DNA of 62,068 nt, the filler included, from Circinaria calcarea (taxonomy: Eukaryota), in the NCBI GenBank assembly GCA_051942165.1. It is 29 parts of 29 records of this genome, joined end to end, with 100 filler letters (N's around TTAATTAATTAA, not from the genome) between each part and the next. Parts side by side here need not be neighbours in the genome. Positions count along the whole stretch, not along the records: positions 51,494 to 53,530 come from JAVECS010003948.1; positions 53,631 to 55,666 come from JAVECS010003949.1; positions 55,767 to 57,801 come from JAVECS010003950.1; positions 57,902 to 59,935 come from JAVECS010003951.1; positions 60,036 to 62,068 come from JAVECS010003952.1; 24 more parts are not named here. The stretch is one strand, 5' to 3'. Positions 51,756-62,068 of this stretch are shown piece after piece; position 1 is the stretch's first letter, and each line of letters starts with the position of its first letter. Made by a program: the position numbers and the translations under genes. The notes under the pieces were generated by a model. That model saw only the letters and a program-made list of their open reading frames with translations, was not told the DNA's origin and ran no database searches.

Positions 51756-52112
51756 TATAATGGCGCAACCCATAAGGCTAGATACTAAGGGCGCTAGCGC
51801 GGTATGAATGGTGTGCGTCGCGAGCGTATTAAGGGTACTGGACGTATGGGACGTACTGGACGTGACTACGTCCACTACATCCACCCCTTTCCGGACGTCT
51901 CGTGTAACCATGGAGGATCTATATAGTCTCAGTCCTTTCCGTAGTATTAGAATCCTCGTGGTCAAGACCTTACAGTACTTTACATTAGAGAATTGTATTG
52001 TCACCTCTTACTTATTAGTGATTGGTATAAAACCTTAGTGCATATCTACAGAGCCCCTGTCTTATACCAGTGACTAATATTGCCTTTGCCGAAGAAGCTT
52101 AGGGACGTAATA
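51756..52112 (+). mobile_element. Solo LTR, 357 bp, with 5-bp TSD AAAGT
   Basis: AAAGT|TATAATGGCG...GGGACGTAATA|AAAGT. The terminal TG and CA are both converted to TA, as expected from RIP. Confidence 0.9.
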
Positions 52113-52259
52113 AAAGTACAATGGCTCATAGTCACTGCCGTGGAAGGTCACTGCCAGATAAGGCAGCATTATGCCAGCGATATCACAATAATGACCTTAC
52201 GTTGCTATGCGAGCTATATATTTTGCGATAATAGGCTATTGCGCTTTGCGACCGTAAGC

Positions 52260-52345
52260 CATGTGCCAGCAAGCCTATACGCCAGTGAGCCACAAGCGCA
52301 TGCGCCAGTGAGCTATGCGCCAGTGAGCCAGTGAGCTATGCGCCA
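52260..52345 (+). repeat. Degenerate GCGCCAGTGAGC(TAT) minisatellite
   Basis: About five imperfect tandem copies. Confidence 0.7.
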
Positions 52346-52389
52346 CACCGGTGACCTTCCGCGCCGGCGGGCCATATGCCATACTCAGG

Positions 52390-52565
52390 CTCGCGCTTGC
52401 CAAAAAAACGCGGACACCCAGAATTCGCCGACCGTGATAAGCGATGCCGTCTAGCCTAAGAAGCCCCTACGCTTCCGCAGTCCTCACAAACTTAGTGGCA
52501 AGAATTGGGCGGTAATTCTACGGTCGGGCAGATTTGTGTGTCCGCGTTTTTTTGGCAAGCGCGAG
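52390..52565. mobile_element. MITE, 176 bp, with perfect 28-bp TIRs and 5-bp TSD TCAGG
   Basis: TCAGG|CTCGCGCTTGCCAAAAAAACGCGGACAC...GTGTCCGCGTTTTTTTGGCAAGCGCGAG|TCAGG. Confidence 0.87.
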
Positions 52566-52858
52566 TCAGGCTATTCCAGTTGGCTATTCCAGCGGTGGGG
52601 TATAAATTTGCTCATAAGGGTACAAATTTGCTAATTTTCGTTTCTTGGGGTATATATTTATATATTTGCAATTTTCTGAAATTATAAAGCGAAAAGCGCG
52701 CACCTAATTAGCGCTTTTCCTTTCCCACTTTCTCCACGCGCTTTATATTCGCTTGCATTTAGCCGTTTCAACGGAACGGTTTTCGCCTTAACCCTTATAA
52801 ATCTTATTCGGCCTAGTAGCCTATTATCCGTAATATAAATAACTAACACACAGATGTA

Positions 52859-53280
52859 CTGGTCTACAGGCATAATTATTGCTAGCGCCGCGCTAGTAAA
52901 TTACCACTTTATTTCAGCAAAATTTCTACAACTAATATAAGCACGTTATTAAATAATAATCAATATTAATAATATGCCTATAAATGTAAAGGCTCTACCC
53001 GAGAACCCCTACGAACCTTACGGGGGAACTATACACCGAGGTCACGGGGTATTGGCTTAGCGAGAAAGGTTTTCCTCGCGAAGCGTTACACGAGAACTCT
53101 TTAGCAATAATTCATACGCTGATGCGAACCAATTGAGCTCATTATCACACAATTCACCGACCCTTATCGTAAGATCACTATACTATTCGTAAGGGATCCT
53201 TACACGTATTGTGGAAATTTTGCTATATGAAGTGATAATTTATTAGCGCGGCGCTAGCAATAATTATGCCTATAGACTAG
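52859..53280. mobile_element. MITE, 422 bp, with ~70-bp imperfect TIRs and TA TSD (Tc1/mariner type)
   Basis: TA|CTGGTCTACAGGCATAATTATTGCTAGCGCCGCGCTAG... and ...TAGCGCGGCGCTAGCAATAATTATGCCTATAGACTAG|TA. Confidence 0.85.
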
Positions 53281-53630
53281 TAAAATGCGAGCTGTTGGAA
53301 ATCACCCTTTAAACTGGTAACGCGCGCCAGCGCGCAAAGCCCTGAAGCGAATTCTATTTAATATAACACCTAATATAGTATTTAATATAGCACCCAAAAA
53401 GGACTCAGCAAAACACGCTGTATAATATAAAAAAAGCACGCGATATAAGATAACAATAGCACACGGTATAATATAACGATAATATATTATATAACATGAA
53501 AAAAGCACGACGCATAATATAAAGAGAGTANNNNNNNNNNNNNNNNNNNNNNNNNNNNNNNNNNNNNNNNNNNNTTAATTAATTAANNNNNNNNNNNNNN
53601 NNNNNNNNNNNNNNNNNNNNNNNNNNNNNN

Positions 53631-54910
53631 CTGCGTGCCGTTCTGAAACTTTCGAATACTCGGTCATACGTCAGAGTCCAGCTCGCATCGCCCTCAGTCT
53701 GATGTGGTAGAAGTGATGCATGACTGCAGTCACGACTGCTGTTTGGGAAGAGTATTTGTGAGGTCCACATATGAGATACCATTTCATTATGCGGTAAATC
53801 ATGATCAGCGTCAGTAAAGTAGGGCGCCGATAGGATGACGGTGTTTGGATTTTTATTCGCCTGGGTGGTTCCAAGGAGCATGGTTCCATCGTTGGAGAAC
53901 GCCAAGGAATCCACTCGATCGCATTTAACTGTTCTCGAATCGGTGGGTAACGCGTGTTCTAATAGCGAATGTACCTCTACACCCCCATCATACGCCGCTG
54001 CAAGGACCTCACCTTTCGGCGAAAGCGTGATAATTTCAGGCGGATTGTCGAGCGCGACGGAACGTAGGTACTTTGGGGGCTGAGTGGTCAGATCGTACAG
54101 GTTGACCTGATGATGGGTTGAGAGTACTGCCAACTTGCCTCCATCGTCGAGGATGGCCGCAGACAGGGGCCGCCGGAGAACTTTGAGCTCTCTCTTCACG
54201 GAAACCAATCGAGACGCTGTTTCAAGGACGATGATACGCGAGGAGCTTAAGGCCAGACACCACCGACCTCGTGGGGAGAAGGTAAACTCAAAGGCTTCTC
54301 CTCCCGGAAAGGCGGCAGATGAGCTTGTGGTTGTAGAGATGAGACTTATGGTCGTCTGCTTAGGTTGTATGTATGCCGCAAATAGGTTCCGTTTAATCTC
54401 GAGGCCGAATAGACTTTTAAGCTTGGGAAGGCTCTGCTCTTTCAGTGTCCCATGCCAGTTGCCGCTACCAAGGGAGAAGGATGGGCATTTCGATAAATGG
54501 TAGGCGTAGAGGTTAGTTGCTTGGGACGCCGAGCGCCAGTTGCGATTGACCAGAACCAACGACGCAAATGTCTCGGGGTCTGTTAGGTAGAGTATTCTGG
54601 AGGAGTCATTGGGTTAGTATTCTATCTGCAAGAAGCAAGGGCAGACGTCAAGTGAGCTTAACGCGCCAGATGTCGTACTTCCGGCATGGACGTACTGTTC
54701 AGTGATTTCGGAGGGTAGAATCGCTGCCGTCGACTTCCCATGCTTGATTGTACCATCATGGACCAAACTTGGCTTTTCGATTGGTTGTTGGAGCTCTTCC
54801 TCCTCGCCGTCCTTGGAATATATTCCCTCCTCCTGGAGATCTCTTTCCCAAGGCTTTGGCGTCTCACACCTAAGCTCGGCGGCGGCCAGGTAGCTCTCGG
54901 CAGACTCCAT
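53631..54910 (-). CDS. F-box plus WD40/beta-propeller protein, 3' partial
   Basis: LPSEITEQ|ILYLTDPETFASLVLVNRNWR F-box across an intron, then propeller repeats (FSPRG, LSPKGEVLA, FSNDGTMLL). Confidence 0.85.
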
Positions 54911-55807
54911 CACCCCTTGTATTTTCTGAGGAGGCCAGAGTTACAACCGACGTTGATCCCTCCTGCAACGTACTCCATGGACTTGGATTCCAGTGTGGTT
55001 AAGTTTGACAGTGATGGGGCGGAGCCTTCTCTGTTGGTCGGATGTAACTTGTCCGGGGTTGCGATTCATACAGACCCCTGATGCTTGGCGACAGATCCAC
55101 GTAGGGATTTTGCGGGACTTAACTACGCCGCAGACATCACAATGGATTATTTTGGGCCCCCGGTTACACTCTTTGGGATCAGGTGTCTATTTGGTACATG
55201 CAATAATCTCAATCGGTATCAGACCACTGAATCATCCCTAAAATGAAGCCACGCTTGCGCCCGGCTTACATGATCGACTGCCAATAAGGGACTTCGATTC
55301 CTCCAAATCACCGTCAAACCAGAATACAAGCTACACGCCCCATTATCAGATCTTCGCAGATGATATTCTATCAACTATCTAGCTCGGAGGGGTTTTCAAG
55401 TGGTAAAATGAGTCGTAAGGTTCCAAGATCGAATCCCGTTAGCTTCGGTCTGTATTCTAGCTGATAAAGCGGGCTGGATGTGGAGTTGAAGATTTCACGG
55501 GAATACTAGGGTCAGTACACGCATAGAAATAATAATTGGATTGCTCCACTCCACTCACAATCATAGCCACTAGGCTATAGAGATTCCCAATTCGTCAGGA
55601 TATCGACCTCCTTGACTCCACTCCCTTTCCGTTCCAAAGAATACTCACCAGCCCTGACTTGACTCCNNNNNNNNNNNNNNNNNNNNNNNNNNNNNNNNNN
55701 NNNNNNNNNNTTAATTAATTAANNNNNNNNNNNNNNNNNNNNNNNNNNNNNNNNNNNNNNNNNNNNGGGGGAAAGAGAAAAAGGGGGGTGTAAATTCTTC
55801 GAGATTT

Positions 55808-55839
<32 letters not shown>

Positions 55840-56447
55840 CAAACATCTAGTTTGGTTTTTAAGTTACTTGGGAATCTGATAAGTACTACATACCGTACCG
55901 TCCTGTACTGCGGGCAGTAAATAAAGAGCGCAAGTACTCCTTTTTTTCCGGGGGAGAGAGGGGGGGAGCAAAACTCGCTAAGCCTGAGGGCTTTTTAAAA
56001 CGGGTACTAGGTAGGCTTTACTGTCTTATGCTTGCTTGGGGAGAGGGAGGGAGAAAAAAAAGGGAAGAAGCAGAGGGTGAATCAGGACGTGGGTTTTCTT
56101 CTTTCTTTTTTCCCCTCCCAAATGTCTCTTTTTCAATCTTTTCCAACTGAACCTTGGAGATCTAGGGTGGCATGGAGTTAGGTAGAGAATCCGAACAAAT
56201 GTTGTGGTTAGTTAGTGCTCTGTTTTTGGCACTGAAGAGTTTCTCACGCGTTGCAGTTACTCAATCACCGTAGAATTGCCATATTCAAAGCTTGTGACAT
56301 TTTCAGTAGGGTCTGTTGTAGCTGATTTGCGGATTATGGTTTTTTTGATCCAACAATGGTTGGAAGCTTATTAGTCATGCATCCGTTGCAGTCCCTTCTA
56401 GTTCTATGCAATCTCAGCGCCAGTCAATGCATATCACCGCTCAATAT

Positions 56448-57801
56448 CTAAGACCATTTTTGAACCACCACTCCTCCCCGCTTAAACTCCGCCAAGTCCC
56501 CCAGTTGTTGCGCCTTGTCACTGAGTTCCTTGCTTGGAAAAGTAGTCATCAACACCCATGCCCGGCTCCGACTCGCGGGACTGGATGCTTGCACAAAAGA
56601 ATAAACGTCGCCAATCGTATGCGTGGTGTTGAAACGCGATGATAGTCGTGTACCATCGCCGAGCCGAATTTGAAGGGACAGAGTGGGTTGTGAGTCATTC
56701 ACATCAATAGTGAGCGCGCTTGATGCCGGAGCAGTTGGGGCATCCACAGGTGCAGGTACCGCTGCAGTACCAGAATCACTTCCCGCTCCTGGGGTCTCGC
56801 TTCCTAATCTCTGTCCCCCACCCCCAAAAGGTTTATATTTTTTCTTCGGCTGTACGTATTTCTCTTCATGTGGTATTAACTTAACATCCACCTCTTGATT
56901 CCTTTCAACGTTCATTATCTCGAGTGGTGCACGACCTTGTCTTATCATGGCGAGATGGCTAGTATTCGCGGGATCGTCTGAGCGGTAGAGAGGCCCATCG
57001 TCGACCGAGAAGCCGTCGGCCCAGAAATGTAGGATTCTTTCAACGGTAGGGGGGCGTTGAGGAGTGGCAGCGGTGGGGTCTTCGATAACTCGGCTGGGAA
57101 TATCGTCACCGCCAACGGTACGGGCTGTACCGGTGAAACGGGAGGGGGCGGGTTGGGGGTCATCGCCGCGAGCGCGTGCTTGGTTTCTGTAGGGACAATG
57201 TTAAAGTTATGCTGAGAAGGACATAGAGGATAAAAGCCTACTTTCTAGCCTTCTCCTTTATCTTCCGCTTCAGATCATCCGGATTTTGGACTGCAAGAGC
57301 AGACTTTTCTCCGCCGGCAAATAAATCCTGGTTCTCTTCGTCATCGCTATCATCGTCATCGTCGTGTCCGTGTCCTCCATGTCCGGAGCTTCCCCCACCT
57401 AGGTCGCCCAACGTGGCAAACTTCTTCTTGGGCGGCTGTTTCGAGCTCGAAGACGAGGGTGGAGCTGCGGAGGAATCGGTCGATATTGGGGGCACGGGTG
57501 CTGCGTCGCCGAGAGTTCGACCACCACCAGACGTTGGGGCAGATGGTCTGGTGGAAGGTATGGTTTCTGGTTCCTGTGCCTCATCCTCCTGTCTTCCTCC
57601 AGCAGCACCTTCGTCTAGTGACGTGTAGTATTCTGCCGCTGCGCTGGAGAGATCCCACTGATTCGTTGCAAGGTATTGTTGAGACTATGAGGAAAGCGGG
57701 AGTTATACACAGCGTCACCTAAGTTGAGATTCTCGGGAATGATTAGTTACCTCAGTAGGTGAAACGCCGGTCAGGCTACAGAATTGGGTAATGAGGGCGT
57801 C
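56448..57801 (-). CDS. SHP1: Cdc48 adaptor Shp1/p47 (UBA-SEP-UBX), 5' partial
   Basis: FAGGEKSALAVQNP, HFWADGFSVDDGPL, GRAPL, PFGGGGQRLG and LQIRLGDGTRL..FNTTHT..TTFP. Confidence 0.95.
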
Positions 57802-57901
57802 NNNNNNNNNNNNNNNNNNNNNNNNNNNNNNNNNNNNNNNNNNNNTTAATTAATTAANNNNNNNNNNNNNNNNNNNNNNNNNNNNNNNNNNNNNNNNNNN
57901 N

Positions 57902-58562
57902 CACCACTTGATCCCATCCATCCATGCATGTATAGCAAAGTATGAGACGCCATTCGTTATTGGCACAGGTGAAACCTTCGCTTTGGTTCTCCATTTCCGC
58001 TAGGTTCGCTAAGACTGGGATGCAGGTGAGAATCTCTGGGACATAATGTACGTGAACAACTGTGCAGATGCCCACGTTCAAGCGGCCGAGAACCTTGTGA
58101 CGTCGGGAACTGCAGCCGGTGAAGCTATTTTCGTCTCGAATAGGGAGCCCATATCATTCCGAGATCTATGTCTTGCAATATGGGCTCAATTCGGACATTA
58201 TCCACCGTTCGAGTTCCACATTCCCAAGGGCCTTGCCGTATTCGCAGGTCATCTTGCAGATTGGGTGACCTGGTTAAGAGGTCATCCGACCACTTTGAGT
58301 AGTGGTAGTGTGCTTGACGCTTGTGCGACGAGGTACTGCAATAACCTTAAATCCGAGAAGATATTGGGATTTAAGCCGCGTATTGGTATTGAAGAAGGTA
58401 TTCGGATTAGCTGTGAGGTATGTCTGTCAAACTGCTTCCCAAAGAAATGCGCATATGTTGACCTACCAAACCCACCAGGCATATGCCAAAAAACTGCATC
58501 AGAACAGCGTCCATCAGCTGAAGCTTATGAATGGACACAGTGAAAAACTGAGACATAACTAG
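57902..58562 (+). CDS. 3-beta-hydroxysteroid dehydrogenase / Erg26-like C-terminus, 5' partial
   Basis: PFVIGT|GENLWDIMYVNNCADAHVQAAENL..AAGEAIFVSN.EP..KILGFKPRIGIEEGI. Confidence 0.85.
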
Positions 58563-58771
58563 ATTGTGCAATATATCATCGGGTATCAAGAAAAGAAACG
58601 AATGTGGAGCCAGAATCCTTGTTATTGTTGGTAGATGTATGTGGATGTTTATGAAATCAAACGAGGAAGATATACCAAATCGTACGCGAGTGCATGTCAT
58701 GTGCATGGTATGCACTATGTTTTTCAAAAGTTGAGTTTACATCTTATTATAAGATGTAAATATTTCACCAA

Positions 58772-58965
58772 GTCCTGGGTGGTCGAGTGGTACTAGGCAC
58801 TCTACATCACAGGCGCGTAGGCCTTCGGATAAAACGCCTGATAAACTGGTTCATGGGGCAGGTTTTCCTAAGATGATTGGCCGAGAGTGAAACACCTCCT
58901 AAATTGTCCTCTTCTTAGTTTTTTGCCAACGCAGGTTCGATTTCAAGCTTTGGAACTTTTTTTTT
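58772..58965 (+). pseudogene. Degenerate tRNA(Ser/Leu)-like Pol III unit with a long insertion
   Basis: A-box/D-arm TGGTCGAGTGGTACTAGGC at 58780, B-box/T-arm GCAGGTTCGATTT at 58931, and a T9 run at 58957-58965. The stems pair poorly. Confidence 0.5.
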
Positions 58966-59527
58966 AACTTTATATTTACATATTTCCTTTTTGGATTTCT
59001 AGACATTTATTCTTTCAGACAATCATGACTAGGCTTACTGGGTGTGTTTAGTTTAAAGCCTTTTCCCTGGGTTTATTCGAGTAGAACACTCGTGGATTTT
59101 CTAATTTAGCGGCGTTTTCGACAACTCTGTTTATTAAGCAATCCCTAAGCGAGCCCTAACGATACCAATGGACATCACCACATCAAAATTGCAAAATCCC
59201 CACTTTCAATTCCCTCGCATAGCAGGAGAATTTACACATTGTTAGATGATTAAATCTTAACGTCTCTCTACCTTATCACTGCCCACCCTATCCTCGTCAA
59301 CCCTACAGACACTTGCTATCCAATCACCTCTACCCTGTATCTTTCCCATCAGCTCTTAGATACGAAACTACGGCTAATATACCACACACTGCATCGGTAT
59401 CCGCATACCCGAGAGCTTCGATGTTGACAAATAGGCCATACCGACCAAACCGAGAAACCAGGTCCATAATTGTTCCTCCCTCAAGTGGGTTCGTCAATAT
59501 GACACGTGTATTATACTACCTCTACCT

Positions 59528-59579
59528 CTCATCCTCACCCTCATCCTCATCCTCATCCTCATCCTCATCCTCATCCTCA
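59528..59579. repeat. (TCCTCA)n hexamer microsatellite
   Basis: Direct reading. Confidence 0.9.
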
Positions 59580-60155
59580 CTCCATCTGCCCCTATTGAAG
59601 CAAACAGCACCCCTCCACCACCCACTATTTTTTCTCCAAGAAAACCCGTGTAAATTGTCACTCTGCCACGCAGAATCCAAATCCCAGCCAGAAAAAGAAG
59701 AATATAGAGAGTCAACAGCACACTCAACCGGGCCAACCGTCACGGGTACCCTCGATCTCCAAATCACCACCCTTCCCTCATCCGTATCCGTATCCGCACC
59801 CATCTCACTCCCACCTCCAAAACCCCCAAGTTCTCAAATAGCTCCATCCAACCGACCCACTGTACCGTACTGGACCGCTTACCTATTCACCCCTGATTAT
59901 CCCAAAAAACCCCCTCCACAACGCCGCTCCAATCCNNNNNNNNNNNNNNNNNNNNNNNNNNNNNNNNNNNNNNNNNNNNTTAATTAATTAANNNNNNNNN
60001 NNNNNNNNNNNNNNNNNNNNNNNNNNNNNNNNNNNTTTTTGCCCTGCGAGTCTCATGCGTCCTCGTCGCGCAGGGTGTGAAGTACCCTACATGGGGAAAA
60101 CTAAAGGAGACATTCGACAATCCGCATGCTTGTCGTATGCGACTCGCAAGCTCGC

Positions 60156-62068
60156 CTATCCTTCCTTTTCCTGAAACCCACTGCCTTTCTTGTTGCGACT
60201 CGCCTTCTTCTCGCGTGCGCTTCGGCGTTGTTCAGGTGCGTTCTCCCTGTCCTCGAGGAACGCTTGGATAGCTTCTTGAGCATGCTCCACATCGTCTTCA
60301 GGTTGCCAGGAATCTTCCTCCGCTGTGCAACCTTTCCACCTAATTAGGAATCTACGCCTCGGCTGCGACCCCCGTACGTCTAGCACGCGCTCCACTTCCC
60401 ATTCCTCTTCATTATCAATCTCTATTGGTTCTGGCGGCTCGCGGTCTCCTCGTGGGCGATACGGTTCCAGTAGAGAGACATGAAAGGTAGGGTGGATGCG
60501 GCCATACTTCCTAGGGAGTTTCAGCCGATAAGCGTTCTGACCTAATTTCTTGGTGATAGGGAACGGGCCGAGATATTTATCCGCAAGCTTTTTACTTGCG
60601 CGTCGCAGGCGAATATTCTTGGAGGATAACATCACATTATCTCCCACAGCATAGATTCTTTCTTTATGCTTCTTGTTATAATATTTCGCTGCCGACTCGC
60701 TGGCGTGTCGCCACATCTCTTTGGCCTCCTGCTGTCCCTCCTGCAAGGTTTGGATATGCCTTCTAGCATTCTCATTTTCACCTTGCTCCATGGGCGAGTC
60801 CCTTGCGACTCTCCTGCGCATCGCAGGTTTATAGCGCCTTGTCATTTCCATAGGCGTCTTACCTGTGGCACCGTGGACGCTGTTGTTGTACGCAAATTGC
60901 GCTGCCGGTAGGAGTTCTGCCCAATCATCTTGGTGATAATTAACGTAGCAACGCAAATAGCATTCTAACGTTTGATTCTGGCGTTCCGTCACCCCGTCGG
61001 TTTGTGGGTGAAACGCAGTCGAGAATCCTCTTTTTATCACTAAATAATGACAGAAAGTGCTCCACCATTCTGAAGTAAACAACGTCCCTCGGTCACTCAC
61101 AATCAATTTCGGCACACCGTGTTGCGCGATCACTTCTCGCACGATAATCGCAGCAAACTCGCTTGCGGTGATATCTGAAGTGGTGGGAATATGTAAAGCT
61201 TCTCGCGAATACCTATCTATCACATTCAGAATCGCATCGCATGCGTGTCGCTGGTGAAGCGAGAACGGCAACCCGGTGATGAAATCCAACGCGATGTCCT
61301 CCCAGGGTCCTTGCGGCTGTGGCAAAGGAGCTAATAGGCCATAGGGTTTATGTCGTGGCGCTTTCATACGTTGGCAAACATCGCACGTTGCGCAGTAGTC
61401 TCGCACACTACTCGCAAGCTTCGGCCAGAAGTACTGCCGGCGAATTGAGTCCAACGTTTTTTCATACCCAAAATGGCCCCCCATCCAGGGATCATCGTGA
61501 TTTTGGCGCAATATCTCCATCCGCGTGGCAGGATCGTTTGGAACATATATTGCGCCGTCGCATCGCACGAGATTCGCATCATCTTCGCACCACTTACCCC
61601 TCATATCGCCGCTGTCGACGATATTTTCGGGAGATGCCTTCCAGGCTGCTTGTTTACACCAGGCGTCCCTTGACTGTAAACTAAGCAGGAGTCCGGTAAG
61701 CGCGTCCGGCACTTTGCCGTAAGGCGACATTTCGTCCGTCGCAATCCTGGCCTCGCGCCTAGGATTCTCGACAGGCACTTCCGAAGCTTGTACTTCGCTT
61801 CGCTGCTGACCCGCATGCGCCCGTGATGCGGGTCGCTCGCGTATCTCTTGCGAGCCCTGAGAAGTGGAATCTCCATCTCCTCGCGGAGTCTCTGACTCCC
61901 TGCCACTGACCTGCGATCGGGTAAGCATTCCTATGCTTACCCCTTGATCCAGTCTCTGGTCCTGTCCTCTCATTCGCTTCGCACGCTCTTCGCCTGCGAG
62001 CAGGACATGTTGTAATGAAGGTCCTTCTTCATTCAACCCATTGGGACCCTTGTAATCCGGCCTACGGG
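60156..62068 (-). mobile_element. Ty3/Gypsy chromovirus pol 3' part (RNase H end, integrase, chromodomain), intact frame
   Basis: RRPDY, the HHCC zinc finger (HDD..GGH..CDVC), DDE motifs (ALDF, VSDRG, TERQN), GPF..HPTFHVSLL, and chromodomain EWEVERVLD..IRWKG..SWQP. Confidence 0.96.

Noticed and set aside
58800..58815. TCA triplet at the approximate anticodon position (tRNA-Sec or opal suppressor?)
   Set aside because: There is no proper anticodon stem or U33, the D arm is Ser/Leu-like rather than Sec-like, and Dikarya are not known to use Sec.
59313..59935. ORFs with poly-Ser, ED or MR repeats
   Set aside because: These are translations of the (TCCTCA)n microsatellite and low-complexity DNA, with no coherent gene model.
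1..62068. Regularly spaced TTAATTAATTAA repeats, and apparent gene clusters (e.g. flavoprotein, nitrite reductase and ferric reductase near each other)
   Set aside because: The repeats are artificial linkers between size-sorted contigs, so neighbourhood across them carries no biological information. ORFs ending in X..LIN are artefacts.

Overview
This window is not one locus. It is 29 unrelated ~2-kb contigs from a filamentous ascomycete (Pezizomycotina-type genes, GT-AG introns with CTRAC branch points, RIP-mutated repeats). The contigs are sorted by decreasing length (2055 to 2033 bp) and joined by an artificial 100-nt linker (N44-TTAATTAATTAA-N44), so adjacency across linkers means nothing. 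Most contigs carry fragments of housekeeping genes (TMA16, niiA, TAF9, PAH1, SEC59, NAD kinase, NDK1, PUS1, NGG1, BTS1, QCR8, NHP2, BUB1, CDC16, TRK, SHP1) or transposon debris. The most notable signals are mostly invisible in the ORF track. (1) A complete 483-bp miniature LTR retroelement (TRIM) with 77-bp LTRs, a Ty5/copia-type half-tRNAiMet primer site, a G11 PPT and a 5-bp TSD, inserted in a MULE relic. (2) A RIP-destroyed copy of the TEL1/ATM kinase+FATC region. (3) An intronless flavoprotein-formyltransferase fusion. (4) A spliced 10-Cys secreted peptide. (5) An LTR family with swapped U3 repeat modules. (6) Three distinct MITEs. (7) A degenerate tRNA-like Pol III unit. All gene calls come from motif recognition, not database searches.
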